Below are positions 24,881 to 38,075 of a stretch of DNA of 64,000 nt, one piece after another. Within the stretch, counting starts at the first letter, position 1, and every line of letters starts with the position of its first letter. The notes beneath the pieces were generated by a model. It saw nothing but the letters and a program-made list of their open reading frames with translations, was not told the origin of the DNA and did no database searches. The DNA is from Okamejei kenojei (taxonomy: Eukaryota), in NCBI GenBank assembly GCA_035221665.1, contig CM069143.1:18228001-18292000 (forward strand), written 5' to 3'. Position numbers and translations under genes: made by a program.

Positions 24881-25149
24881 ATGGAAGTCCTACCAGAGAA
24901 GAGGCAGCATTGAATTTAGCAAACTAAGTGGTTGAAGTGTTAGCGGGAACACATCTTGGACATAGTGGCCAGAACACTGTTTTAAAATAGCTATGGAAAG
25001 GGATAACAATGATCTGGAAATCAGATCTTGAAATGGGAGAAGGTCACTTTTCACATCATGGGAGCTGGCAAAGGTAAGCTGGAAGCAGCTACTCCCATGC
25101 CACAAATGCGAGGGATTCAACTGTGAAATATTGAGAGTTCAGAGCAGAG

Positions 25150-25440
25150 TAAAAGGTATGGACGTCATGTCCCAAGAAACCTAGATGTCAAGGGATAATG
25201 AGGGATAAAAAAAATTACACAAGCCAGATATCAATGGATGAAATTGAGAGATGTCTTTGGGGAGTGTAGAAAGTGTAACTGGATACTTAGCAAACAAATT
25301 AGAAGGACAGAAAGGGAGCACAAAATATCACAGGAAGGCATACTTAGGGAAATCCCAAACCATTTTGTAAGTATATGGAGGTGAGACGGTAACCAGGAAA
25401 TGGGGATGAACCATTAGGGATCAAAGTGGCATGAACCCAG

Positions 25441-25478
<38 letters not shown>

Positions 25479-27510
25479 GGGGGAGAAAGAGAGTGCCTGC
25501 AACCCAAACCCCCCACACGTCGAGTCCACGCTGCTCCCCCCCCACTATCTGCAACTCCCCCCCCCCCCCAACCCCCCACCCCCCCCCCCCCCCCCCAACA
25601 TGGGGACGATTGATTGCCTCCATAAATTCCATAATTTTCCTTGTGGGGGGTGATGGGGGTGATTGGCTCTGGGGGGGCGCCTGTCTCGGGGGCGAGCGCC
25701 AACGCCGCACCTACCCCTTCCCCCCCCCCCACTCGCGTTGAGGGACGGGGCCCAACGGGTCTCACTTGGTCTAGCTGTTAATAAAAACGAGGAAGTACAA
25801 GGTATCTTAACAGGCTATAAGATGATTGTCCATAAGGTCTGTGTAATGCACCCTAGGATGGTGCATGATGGAGCCCTGATGGAGATATTTAAACCTTTGC
25901 TGGCACAGATGAGATGCTAGAAGAATGAAAGGCAGCAAAGGTGGTACCTTTGTTAAATAAGGGTTGCAGGGATAAACCACATAATGTCAGTGGTAGGGAA
26001 GTTGTTGGAAACTGTTCTGGAGAACAAGGTTAATCTTTCCTTAAAGAAAGGCAGAATGACTTTGTTAGAGAGTGATCCTGTAAGACCATATTGGATAAGT
26101 TTTTCAAAGCAACAGTGTACTGACTGAACAGCATGATCTGACAAGGTCACACATGGAAAACTGGTCCAATGCTTCAGGAAAGCCCATGAAATCCAAGCAC
26201 TTAAAATCCCATGAAATTGACTTGGTAATATGAGGTAGGGGATGATGGGCTGTTTTGGGCTGTTTTTGTGACTGTGAGCACAATTATTTAATGATTTGGA
26301 CGAGAGGATTGAAGGCTTTGTGGGCACGTTTGCGGATAATATGAAAATAGGTGGAGAGGCAGGTAGTGTAGAGAAAGCAGGTAATCTGCAGAAGGACGGA
26401 CATTTTGAGAGAGTGGGCAGAGAAGTGGCAGATGGAATATAATGTAGCAAAGTGTGGAGTCATGCATTTTGGTAGTAGGAATAAAGGCGTAGACTATTTT
26501 CTAAATCGGAAGAGAATCCAGAAATCGGACGTGCAAAGGGACTTGGAAGAGCTGGTGCAGGATTCCTCAGAAGTTTATCTGCAAGTCGAATCAGTGGTAA
26601 AGAAAGCAAACTCAATTAGCATTTACTATCATTTATTTCAAGAGGGCCTGTATACAAAAACAGGGAAGTAATGCTGAGACTATAAGGTGCCGGTGAGGCC
26701 ACATTTGGAATATAGTGAACAATTTTGGGCAGTATATCAGAGGAAGGATGTGCTGGCTCTGCAGAGAGTCCAGAGGAGGTTGACAAGAATGATCCCAGGA
26801 ATGAGTAGATTAACCTATGATGAGCTTAGGAAGGAGATAGGAGGGGACATTTCTTTAATCAGAGGGTGGTGAATCTGTGCAATTCTTTGACACAGAAGGC
26901 TGTGAAGGCCAAGTCTGTGGATATTTTTAAGGCAAAGATAGATAGATTCTTGATTAGTACAGGTGTCAGAGATTATGGGAAAAGGCCGGAGAATGGGTTT
27001 ACGAGGGAGAGATAGATCAGCCATACCTGAATGGTAACGAGAGAGCTAGATAGGGTTCTTAAAAATAGCGGAGTCAAGGGATATGGGGAGAAGGCAGGAA
27101 CGGGGTATTGATTGGGGATGATCACCCATGATCACATTGAATGGCGGTGCTGGCTCGAAGGGCCAAATGGCCTACTCCTGCACCTATTGTCTATTGTCTA
27201 TTGTCTAAAATCCTTTCACTTACCGGAGGTATCTAAATCTGGAGGACTTAACTTTAGCACAACAGTAGGAGGTTTAAAGGGGATCTGAGGTAGAACTGTT
27301 TCACCAGAGTGTAGTTGAAATCTGAAGTGTACAGTCTGAGTAGGAGGTTGAGGTAAATGTTTCTAGGTGAGGCTTGAATCGCTAAGGCATTGAAGCCCAT
27401 GGTCCAAGTAGTTATTAAATGGGAATTGTACAAAGGGGTGCGTAATAGTTAAGATGGACAAGGTTGACAAGGAGCCTGTTTCTGTGCTGCACAATTCCAT
27501 GATTCTTTGT
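25150..27510 (+). mobile_element. Nested CR1 fragments; a younger RT 3' piece at ~26280-27207 has a (CTATTGT)n tail
   Basis: ORFs read EWAEKWQMEYNVAKCGVMHFG and VRPHLEYSEQFW...LQRVQRRLTRMIPG. Tail ctattgtctattgtctattgtcta at 27184-27207. Confidence 0.85.
25432..25774 (+). mobile_element. 5'-truncated Helitron 3' end with poly-G/poly-C tracts
   Basis: Hairpin gcccaacgggt followed by cacttggtCTAG (25771-25774), equivalent to the 3' end at 30892-30918. Confidence 0.6.
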
Positions 27511-28469
27511 CTCTTTCTATGATACTCGTTGCTCTCATGGAATTTACACTACACAATGCACCATTTCAAAAAAGGTTCTGACTTTCCTTTAGTACAGAGA
27601 CTAAAACTACACACAGTATACCAAATGTAATTTCAGTTACAGGGTTTATTTAAAGCTGAAATGGACTCATTTCTGGATGCAAAATCAATCAAGGGATTGA
27701 GGGATCTGATAGTAATGTGGACTCGAGGAAAATCTCAACTGTGATCCTATTGCATTGCTGTGATCCTATGTGATATGCCAAGCGACCAACTTCTGTTTCA
27801 TTTCTTATATGCTTATGCTCATCAATGTGGAGGTCATTATTTATATTTAAACTTATCCATTCCTCAGGCTTAATCCTCTTATTTGAAACTATAAATCTTT
27901 CAATTGACTATGATCTTTAGCTTCCTAGATATAGCTGAATCACACTTTCTACATTGTTTTAAGTAAGCAGAAGATTGTTTATTTATTTTGGTCAACATCT
28001 CTCCTGTCTTAGTCCCTGTACCTCACTGCCTCACAATCCATTCCGTGCTTCTGCCTTCAAGCAGCAGCCATAAGTCCCATTCATCTTATTCACGCTCTCT
28101 TTTAATGCTTAACAGCGTGTTTATAATGCAGCTACTCAAACATTACATGATCCTGTCCATTGTGGTTGATTTTAAAAGTTCATCAGCTTCACTTTAAGTT
28201 TAATCTGTTTGAGGAATTGAAATTCATAGAATCAATCAGTCTTCCATATTGTTTAAAGTGGAAAAGAAATAAGTTAGTTTTAACTGAAAACATCTTAAAA
28301 TATTGGATTTGTTATCCGTCACAAAATCTTCCTGGAAACATATTACTTTATTAAGCTTTTATAATTCTTCATAATGTCTTTTCTAACAGCATATGCTAAT
28401 TTCTATGGTAACATACACACAACTAAGTCAGCTTACAGAGCATTTGTAGAATTTGTGATACAATGCTGT

Positions 28470-28850
28470 AGCCCAATATCCGACATTTACGAATATACTA
28501 TTAAGTCCTTCTGAAAATAGTTACCATTGACAAGATACCACATGGTAGGCTGGTCTGGAAAGTTAGATATTTTGGGATCCAGGATAGGCAGCACAACTGA
28601 ATACACCATTTTCTTGAAAATAGGAGACAGAGGGTGGTGGTGGCGAATTGTTTTTCAGGCCGGAAGCCTATAACAAATAATGTGCCACAGGATCACTGTT
28701 AGTTCTACTAGTTGTTTGTTATTTATATGAACTATTTGAACGTGAATGCAGATGGCATAGTTAGTAAGTTTGCAGATGACACAAAAAACTGTAGCACAGT
28801 GGACCACTAAGCATCTTATTTCAGATCGCAATGCAATCTTGATCAACTAG
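28470..28850 (+). mobile_element. Old CR1 RT fragment
   Basis: tttgcagatgacac (FADD) and gtgccacaggatc (VPQGS-like) motifs. Confidence 0.65.
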
Positions 28851-28984
28851 TAATATTTTTGCCCTGGTTACCCTATGCATGTATATAGGACTCAGCATTT
28901 TCCTTAAACCAACTGATCAAAGACACCTCATCATCTCATTTGGTTCTTCTAATTGCCAACTTGAGTTAATTCCTGCTTGCTTTA

Positions 28985-30918
28985 TCTATATTACTAAAAG
29001 TCTGATCTTGACCGCTTTTGGCCCACTTTGCTGCGATTTCTGAGAGAACGCCGCCACTTACGGCCGTCATTTTTGGCCACCTCGCTCAGAGCCCCGCTCT
29101 GCCTTCCTGCACCAGAGGATTTTTCCCATCGATTAAAAATGAGAGAGATATTAATGTTTTTTTAAAAATCCCCATTCTCTCTGTTCTCTTTGCTGCCCCC
29201 GCTAGCAGCAGGGGGGAGTGGGGAGGGACTATAATATCCGGAAGTGTCGTGCCTCACTCAGTCTCTGCCAGACCCAGGAAGCGAGAGGGTCACTGCTCTC
29301 TGAGCTGTGAATAACACTGAACGGATGTCTACTCCACAGTGAGTCCCCTTTGATGTGGCTGCTGTCAAATTGTTTAACTTTTTTTTAAAGTTTGTGTTCA
29401 CAAAATGAATTTTGGTTGTCAGGTGGCTGCTTGCTGCCCAATTGTTTGCCTCACTTTTTTTTTAAGCTCGTGTTCACTAATTGAATTTAGTTGTCAGGTG
29501 GCTGCTTGCTGCCCAATTGTTTGCCTCGTCTTTTTAAAAAAAAGTTTGTGTTCACAAAATGAATTTTGGTTGTCAGGTGGCTGCTTGCTGCCCAATTGTT
29601 TGCCTCACCTTTTAAAAAAAGGTTTGTGTTCACAACATGAATTTTGGTTTTCAGGTGGCTGCTTGCTGCCCAATTGTTTGCCTCACATTTTCTTTTTAAG
29701 TTCCTGTTGACTAATTGAATTTAGTTGTCAGGTGGCTGCTTGCTGCCCAATTGTTTGCCTCGTCTTTCTATAAAAAGGTTTGTGTTCACAAAATGAATTT
29801 TGGTTGTCAGGTGGCTGCTTGCTGCCCAATTGTTTGCCTCACCATTTTAAAAAAAGGTTTGTGTTCACAAAATGAATTTTGGTTTTCATGTGGCTGCTTG
29901 CTGCCCAATTGTTTGCCTCACATTTTTTTTAATGTTCCTGTTAACTAATTGAATTTAGTTGTCAGCTGGCTGCTTGCTGCCCAATTGTTTGCCTCGTCTT
30001 TTTAAAAAAAAGTTTGTGTTCACAAAATGAATTTTGGTTGTCAGGTGGCTGCTTGCTGCCCAATTGTTTGCCTCTCCTTTTTAAAAAAAGGTTTGTGTTC
30101 ACAACATGAATTTTGTTTGTCTGGTGGCTGCTTGCTGCCCAATTGTTTGCCTCGCCTTTCTATAAAAAGGTTTGTGTTCACAAAATGAATTTTGGTTGTC
30201 AGGTGGCTGCTTGCTGCCCAATTATTTGCCTCACCTTTTTTTTTAAGTTTGTGTTCACAAAATGGATTTCGGTTGTCAGGTGGCTGCGGCCCAATTGTTT
30301 GCCTCACCTTTTTAAAGAGTTTGTGTTCACAAAATGGATTTTGGTTGTCAGGTGGCTGCTTGCTGCCCAATTGTTTGCCTCATCTTTTTAAAGAGTTTGT
30401 GTTCTCAAAATGGATTTTGGTTGTCAGGTGGCTGCTTGCTCCCCAATTGTTTGCCTTGCATTTTTAAAGAGTTTGTGTTCACAAAATGGATTTTGGTTGT
30501 CAGGTGGCTGCGGCCCAATTGTTTGTCTCGCTGTTTTAAAGAATTTGTGTTCACCAAATGGATTTTGGTTGGCAGGTGTCTGCGGCCAAATTGTTTGCCT
30601 CGCCTTTTTAAAGACTTTGCGTTCACATAATGGATTTTGGTTGTCAGTTGGCTGCGGCAAAATTGTTTGCCTTGGCTTGGCTTTTTAGATCATTGCAACA
30701 GTTGGCTTCCAGCCCAAGAATCCATTCGGCCCACAATGTCTATATTAGCCCTCTGGAAACCAGTATCTTCGGCCCGCAACACCCAAATTAGCGCAACAGA
30801 AAGCCCCCCCCCCCCCCCACTGGCGAGCAATATTGGAATTGGTGGAGAGGTGGAATATTGCGTTGGTGGACAGCCCTCCCGTGTGATGCCAGGACCCAAC
30901 AGGTCCCACTTAATCTAA
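28985..30918 (+). mobile_element. Non-autonomous Helitron with both termini
   Basis: A|TCtatattactaaaagtct 5' end. Hairpin ggacc..ggtcc at 30892-30906, then CTAA (CTRR)|T at 30915-30918. Inserted between A and T with no TSD. Confidence 0.8.
29355..30675. repeat. ~72-78 bp minisatellite, ~17 copies, inside the Helitron
   Basis: Unit tttgtgttcacaaaatgaattttggttgtcaggtggctgcttgctgcccaattgtttgcctcacc(t)n(a)ng. Confidence 0.95.
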
Positions 30919-31159
30919 TATTCCATAAAAGCTCTGTCTGATTTCATCTTTCAAACGCTTACATGTGCTTCCTTTTTCTTTTTAACCAAATTTACATTCA
31001 CTTAGATCATCCAAGTTTCCCTTGCCTTGCCATCATTATTCCTCCTCCTAACTACAACATGCCAGTCCTGAACTCTGATGAACAGGCATTTAAACAACTG
31101 CCCCATGTTGGGTGTGGCCTTCCCCAATAACAACTGTTCCCACTTTCCTTATTCTTGCT

Positions 31160-31931
31160 GGTACCACCGGGTGGTGCCAGCAATGTCTGCCTCACCATCA
31201 GTCTGTCTGTCCTTTCCATCTTTGTGTTTTAATTGTATGTGTTAAATATATGTTTTTAGTGTTCTTTAATTTGTTTTATGTGGGAGGTGGGTTTGGGGGT
31301 TGAGGGTTGGGTTAGGGGTTGGGGGTAACTTTTTCCAATCTCTTACCTCAACGGAGATGCGATTTGTTTTTGTCCATGTCATATCTCCGTCTGCACTGCA
31401 GCCTAACATCAAGGAATTGGCGGGCTTTGCTGGATACCGTGGGGAGCCTATTGGACCTTAATATCACGGAGCCCGCAATCCCTTTGCCAGGGATCAACCT
31501 CGAAGCTCCAACCGTGGGTGCTTGCGGACTTAACATCACAGAGCCCACAGTCTCTGATCAGAGACTGATTCTGGGGATCCATGCCGCGGGAGTTTCGACC
31601 GCCCCGACACGGGAGACTCGATCACCCCAATGCGGGAGTTTCAATCACGCCGAAGTGGGGGCTTCGACTACTGGCTGCAGGAGCTTTGATCACCCCGATG
31701 GATGTTATGACTGCCCAGAAGGCTGGAGAATTAGGAGGAAAAATACATTTTTTGCCTTCCATCACAGTGAGGAATGTGGGGAATCCGCTGTGGTGGATGT
31801 TTATGTTAACTTTTATATGGTTGCGTGACGTTGTTCTTTTTTTTTGTATCTGTCGTATGGTAATTTGCATATCACTGTACCTTAATTGGTATATGTGACA
31901 ACAAAATACCTTTGAAACCTTTGAAACCTTT
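31160..31931 (+). mobile_element. Non-coding GC-rich retroposon with a (TTTGAAACC)n tail
   Basis: Shares ccttccatcacagtgaggaatgt...ctgtggtggatg with 39670-40425. Ends atgtgacaacaaaatacctttgaaacctttgaaacc. Confidence 0.65.
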
Positions 31932-32819
31932 AATTAATGCTGTTGGCCCATGATCGTCAATAAACACATCAGAAGCAAATGGGTAACCAAGGAAAGAGCA
32001 GATCCCCTTGTGTAGCACAGGAGTAATCTATAGTATGTATATCCATGTGCTCCAGTGATGTGTCTGACCCACTTCGTTACTTCAGCACTTTGTGTCTTTT
32101 TATCATTAAAACATTCACAATAGTGTTGTCATTTTGCTACAGACTCTTATTCTTCTTTAGTATTCTGGTTCCTTCAACAACTTACAGAAATTTGGAGGAG
32201 ACAAAATATTCTCCAAGGAGTTTCAAATGACTTGCAAGACAGTGCACCCTTGCATTTTTACTAAATTCTAGATTACCCTAAAAGTTATTTTTTCATCAAA
32301 AAGCTCTTACCTTAAAGGTCTCTAGACCACAGTCTATCTTTAACATAGTTTGATATTTTACTGTGACCTTTAGACAAACCAAGGGTTTCACTCCTCCTTT
32401 CGAACTCGTCCTCCTCCCCCTTTGCAGCAGGAGGCAAAGATCATTCCAGGGTCATGTGGAATGCAGCTCATAACAAACCTTGAATCTTCCCCAGCCAAAT
32501 ACTACATGGCTCCTCGGAAGTGGTCAGGACAGTCAAATTATGAAATCACTGTTCCTGTGCACTGATGATCTACTCTATGGCACAATAGTGCATGGATGTT
32601 GACTGGAACCAGGAGTCACATAGGTGGTAGCCATTCTCCAGTTTGACAAAATGGCTAAATATTGAAGATTGCAACGTGGAGAATTTTTCATCACTTCTTT
32701 CTGGAAATGGGATGATGATCATCATGATGCATTCATTATCGTCACATCAGCTGCATATTCAGGAAGTGAAAATCCTCCTGGTTGTGATGCATCTTGGAGT
32801 TCACACGTGGAACCTCTAA

Positions 32820-33075
32820 CCTTAGTGTTGCAGACAGATGCAGCCCGGAAACAGGCCTTTCAGCCCACTGAGTCCATGAAGACAATGGTTCACTCATGCA
32901 CACTAATCCTATATTAATCACATTGTTATTCGCAGAATTCTCATCAATTCGCATTGATTCTATGAATCCTCCTACATTCCAAAGGCAATTTCAGTTGCCA
33001 GTTAACCAACTGATTGATATCTTTGGGGATGTGGAAGGAAACCAGAGTATACAGAGGAAACCCCTGCAATATGAA
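32820..33075 (-). mobile_element. Degraded HE1-type V-SINE fragment
   Basis: rc of the CR1-derived tail (ggaaacaggcctttcagccc) and of the V-domain (tctttggggatgtggaaggaaaccagag). Confidence 0.6.
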
Positions 33076-33244
33076 TGCCATCAGTGTCAACAAAGTCTGC
33101 AATCCACGAGCAGTTGCCTGGCACTATTTAGGTTGCTGCTCCACTCATCTTCCTTCTTCCCCTCCTCATGTGTATCCTGTTCAGCTGTTCATCATATCGC
33201 TACACCTCTGGATAGAAGGAATGGGTGATGCTTCAGGCAGAGAT

Positions 33245-33560
33245 GTCACACCATTCCCACAATTACCTTTCTGTCCTAGGCCTTATCTCTATTGTCAAAG
33301 TGAGGCTAAACACAAATTGGAGGAACATCATCTCATATTTTGCTTGGGCACCTTTCCACCCAATGGTATGAATATTGATTGGAAAGAAGGAAAGGGTGAC
33401 GTTTTGGGTTGAGCCCCTCCTTCAGTCTGAAGAAGGGTCTCGATCCGAAACATCACCCTTTCCTTCTCTCCAGAGATGCTGCCTGTCCCGCTGTGTTACT
33501 CCAGCATTTTGTATCCATCTTTGGTTTAAACCAGCATCTGCAGTTCCTTCCTACACATTG
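33245..33560 (+). mobile_element. Penelope-like element remnant (GIY-YIG C-terminus plus hammerhead-like pLTR motif)
   Basis: Translates YCQSEAKHKLEEHHLIFCLGTFPPNGMNID, followed by CTGAAGA-stem-GAAAC. Confidence 0.8.
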
Positions 33561-35609
33561 TAACTAAGTTACCTCCTCAAGGTCATAAAAGTAGTGGATT
33601 TGGTTTTGCTTTTTAACTTTAACTAGCTAGAAATACCATTCGACCATTTTTTCCATCTACAAGTGTAAAAAACAAAAATTTAGAACGTATAAAAATCCGC
33701 TAATGTGAATTTTCTACCTCAGCTCCATTTTCCTGCAGTATCCCATGTCCTTTGATTTTCTTACCATCCATCACTATTTTGAGATATCTCTATCAAATTA
33801 GAAATTAATCCCTATTTGTTAATCTCTATTTTGATAGAATTCAGTAACCAAGACCACATTGCTGCAGTGAGGTCAATTCTAAATATTCCAGACTTTCTCT
33901 GTGAAAAACTCCCCTGAAACCTAAATGTTCACTTAATCTGAGTGTTACTGCAAGTTATTGACTCCTCGGCAAGGGGAATCAACAGTTTTGCGTGAACACC
34001 ATAGAGCCCTGCAAGAATATTATAATTTCACAAATTTCATCCTTCACAACTCTGAGGAACAAAGACCACCACTTAGTCTCTCCTCAGGGAGAAACCTGCA
34101 TTGCCTGGAACAAATTAGATGAGTCTGCTACATTCTTTCCATGATAAGTTCTTCATGCAAGAAGATCAAAATTGTACACTATACACCAGATACTGCCTCA
34201 TCAAGGCATGATCCAATTGCTTAATTCCTGTTCAGAGTCTCAGCGGTTACTCTAATCATTAATGCCTGTATCACCAGCTGTGGAAACCATCAGCTACAGT
34301 AAGCCAAGGAAGATTTTGCAAGAGCTAAGCTCTATGGGGAACTCAGTGTCACAACAGAGGACACTGCAAGTGTTCGTAGTTCCAGGAGTAATTACTAGCA
34401 GACATTTGGTAGATTTAATCCATTGCTTGCATGATTCCCAACTGAACAAATAGTGTCAGAAGAGAACACAGTGAAAATAAAATCGGCTTGATTCCAAACA
34501 TTCTGGGTTTGGAATTGTGTAGAAGTGCAGAACCACAGGTGAGGACATCATTGAAGATCAACATGGCAAAGTTACATTGTCAGACAGACCAATTAACAAA
34601 GGAAAGAAAATGTTTCAGCCAACAAATTAAACTGCTGACATAATTCAAAGAATCTGCCGTGAAGCAACAAATTCCACACACTTGACTAAAATGAGTTACA
34701 CAGTGAGGTAACTACATATGACAGGAGGCCATTTAGATCTTACAGTTAATTGATAGAGGATCAACTAATTTAAAGAGTCATGTACATTTTGTTATGCAAA
34801 TGAAATTATTACGATATAAAACAATTGAATGTCACATCTGTAGCATTAGTTGTGACTGCAAACATAGCAATTCCATTTAAATCATGCACAAACATCTCCC
34901 TATCATGAACTCATTATGTCATTCACAATTAATAGGTTTCGGAATAGTGCAAAACCATCAATTTTATTACTTGTGTAAACTGCAGACAATTAACAGAACC
35001 CCCAACAACTTTTTCTCAGTTACAGCAATTAATCTAATTGCTTAAACCATTGAAATAATCAAATCACTGTGATCCTAACTAGGATCCAGTGGCTTATTTA
35101 CTGATCCACACAAGTGAACTGATCCACACAAGTGAAGCCTTTGTTTAAAATCATTTTACTATTGCCTTATTATGTTTTATCATTCTAATTAATTTGATCG
35201 AGACAATGCTAGGGTGTGGTGAATATTCACAGCAGTTTTACTGGAAGTTGTAATTCAGCATGAAATGCTTTTGTGCAAAATGCATTTTATAATAAAGGGA
35301 AGAAATAAATGAAGCACCTACCTTTTTAAATCATGAGCTCTGTTCCAAATAATCAAACTAAAACGTAATATACTACTTGTCAGCATACACCTAATGAAGA
35401 AACCCTGATATAAGTGACAAGACGTGAAGCATTTGTTATGTTTTTAGCTCCATGAATAAATAAAAACACACGAGTTTTAAGTGCACTTTTTTAAATTAGT
35501 GAAGTAAAATTTTTATGTTAAATATTTTTATTAGACCTAATTACATATTAATAGAGTATACTTCTCACATACATTCGTAATTTAATTAATATTAACAATT
35601 ATGTCTTCT

Positions 35610-36466
35610 ATATTTCTATACTTTTTTTTACAGGTAAGAAAAGATAGAGAAAAATTAAGTAAGAGTAGAAATGAATGGAGTATTAAAAAAGTTATCCATC
35701 ATTGGAGATATATCCATGATTTGTTATACGTGATTCTTCATCTATTCCATTATTCAGGCTTCAGTCAGGCTCTCGTACCGAGCCATTTTGACCCTTTAGA
35801 TATTCAATAAATGGAGATCATATTCCTCTGAAAAGGTCCAACTTGTTCAATAGGACAAGCCTTAATCTTTCCAGATGAAGTGTCTCCGACATTTCTGTAA
35901 TCCACATTTTGATTATGGGGAATGTAGGACCTTTCCAGAATTTCAATATTAATTTTTTCCCAATTATTAAACTGTAATCAATAAAAATTCTTTGATTTGT
36001 TGTTATTAATTGATCTGTTTCTAATATTCCCAGTATTATTAACTTTGAGTCAGGGATCAGATTCATATTAACAACATTCAAAATTATCTTAAATATCTCT
36101 GTCCAAAATTTAGTAATTTTTACACAATGAGTGCGTTAAGTTAGCTTCTAAGTGCTGACATTTATCACATATGGCAGATACATTTGAAAAATTACTATGT
36201 AGTTTGGATTTTGAATAATGTAGTCTATGTAATATTTTAAATTGTATAAGAGAGTGTCTAGTATTTAACGAGCAGTGGCGTACATGTTGTAGACTTTCAT
36301 CCCATATTTCAGGTCTAATGATTTGACCTAATTCATTTTCCCATGATTGCCTATATATTTCTGTCATTGGGACATCGTTTGCCAGTAAAATATTATAAAT
36401 ATATGATATCAATTTTTCTGTGTTCGGGTGTTTATTTAGGCATTCATCTAAAAGTCTTAACAGCAA
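35610..36466 (-). mobile_element. L1 ORF2 3' fragment (zinc-knuckle region)
   Basis: ORFs read LIQFKILHRLHYS...CDKC...LTHSL and GKKLILKFWK...W; homologous to 40791-41537. Confidence 0.9.
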
Positions 36467-36519
36467 GATAGATATCTACCTGTGAGAGTGCCTCCAGAAT
36501 AAGGCAATGTTATTTTTTA

Positions 36520-37352
36520 CCATGAGAACTAACAATAACCAAGCAATGTCAGCAAGATGAAGGAGCTAATTATCGACTTTGGGGAGCATGGTGGAGTACA
36601 TGCCCCAATCAGCATCAATGGTGACAAATTGGAAATGGTTGAGAGCTTCTAATTCTTTGGTGTCAATGTCGTCAATGATCTGTCAATGACAAATCACATT
36701 GAAGCAACAGCCATGAAGGCACTCCAATGGCTTTACTTCCTCAGGAAACTAAAGAAAATCGGCATGTCTCCAATGACTCTTACAGACTATGGTGCACAGT
36801 TTCTATGGATGTACCATAGAAAGTGTACTGTCGGATTGCATCATCTTTTGGTTTGGGAAAAGCTCTGCCCAAGACAAGCATGAAATTGCAGAGATTTGTG
36901 GATGTAGCTCAGTCCTTCACATGCACACAGACTTCCCACTATTGACTCCATCTACACTACCTGCTGCCTCTGAAAAGCAGAACACATAATCTGCTCCCTG
37001 ATCCTGTCAGGCAGAAGATACGAAAACTTGCTAACATGCTCCACCAGATACAGAACACCTTTTTTCACTCTGTTATCAGGCATCAGAATGGACCTTCTAT
37101 AAGCTAGGGTGCTATTCAATTCACCTCTATCCCACTGCAGACATTGATCTTTGTCTCTGGAACTGGGGTGCTACAATGCTGAGATCTATATTCTGCACTT
37201 TGTATTTTTCACTTTGTTCCACTTATTGCACTTGAGATTGGCTTGATTATATTTATGTACAGTGTCACTTGATTTAATTGGATAGCATGCAAAACAAAAT
37301 GATTCACTGTACCTCGGTACACACGACTATAATAAACCTAAACCTAAACCAA
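36520..37352 (+). mobile_element. Rex1/Babar-clade LINE 3' fragment
   Basis: KELIIDF...ISING..EMVESF, ALQWLYFLRKLKK and FYGCTIESVLSDCI..WFG, with tail aataaacctaaacctaaacc. Confidence 0.75.
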
Positions 37353-37384
37353 GGTAAAGGGGAGATACAAGAAACTACAGTAAA

Positions 37385-38075
37385 ATGTAGGAATTTAGCA
37401 GGTCAGTGGGGGGGAGTGACATTTTGGAAAGCTGGAAAAGAGATGGGAGCAGTACAAAGCCTGACAAGTGATAGATAGATCCAGGTGAGGGTGTGATTCG
37501 CAGATGGGTGGAGTCAATGACAAAGGCTCGTGGATAAAAGGAGAGAAAAGAGTATCAAATAAGGAAAGAAGAGAAGTGAAATGTCAAATCAGAGAGAGAG
37601 ATGTGGGTGCAAGGCGACATGGCGAGGGAAAGAGAGGGGATTAAAGGGAAATTCCGGACGGGAAATGAGCTGCAGAAGAGGGGACAGGAGCATGGTGACT
37701 AGGGGTGGTGGGAGATGAGCGCGGGGTATTATTTCAAATTGGAGAATTAATTGTTCATACTGTTGGTTTGTAGGCTACCCATGTGGAATGCAAGGTTCTG
37801 TTCTTCCAATTTTAGGAAATAACAGCCTCCCACTCCTTCACTCTTCCCCCTGTGCCCCATATACCCGCATACACATTTCTCCCATTATCTCCTACCACCA
37901 TAGTCACCCTGAGCTTTCCCCTTCCTCCTTCTTTCCTTATCTGGCACCCTTTTGTTTACTTTTCATCTCTAGCCTTTGACACTCCACCCATCTGCTAATC
38001 ACACTCCTCACCTGTAAGCAGCTATCACTTGCCCCCACACCCAGCTCTCTATTCCAGCTTTCTCTCCCCCACTAT
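37385..38075. mobile_element. Penelope remnant with inverted pLTR/3' UTR arrangement
   Basis: Minus-strand GSLQTNSMN.FSN at ~37730-37785, followed by a plus-strand C/T-rich 3' UTR copy. ctatcacttg (38022) and ccagctttc mirror caagtgatag (37465) and gaaagctgg. Confidence 0.65.

Noticed and set aside
29355-30675. Regular repeat array resembling CRISPR, and repetitive Cys-rich ORFs
   Set aside because: Units are head-to-tail with no unique spacers and no cas genes; the array is internal to a Helitron.
35100-35136. 18-bp tandem duplication actgatccacacaagtga x2 (similar: 27-bp duplication at ~63464-63516, gtcaagagaa x2.5 at ~23204-23229)
   Set aside because: Ordinary slippage-type duplications with no further structure.
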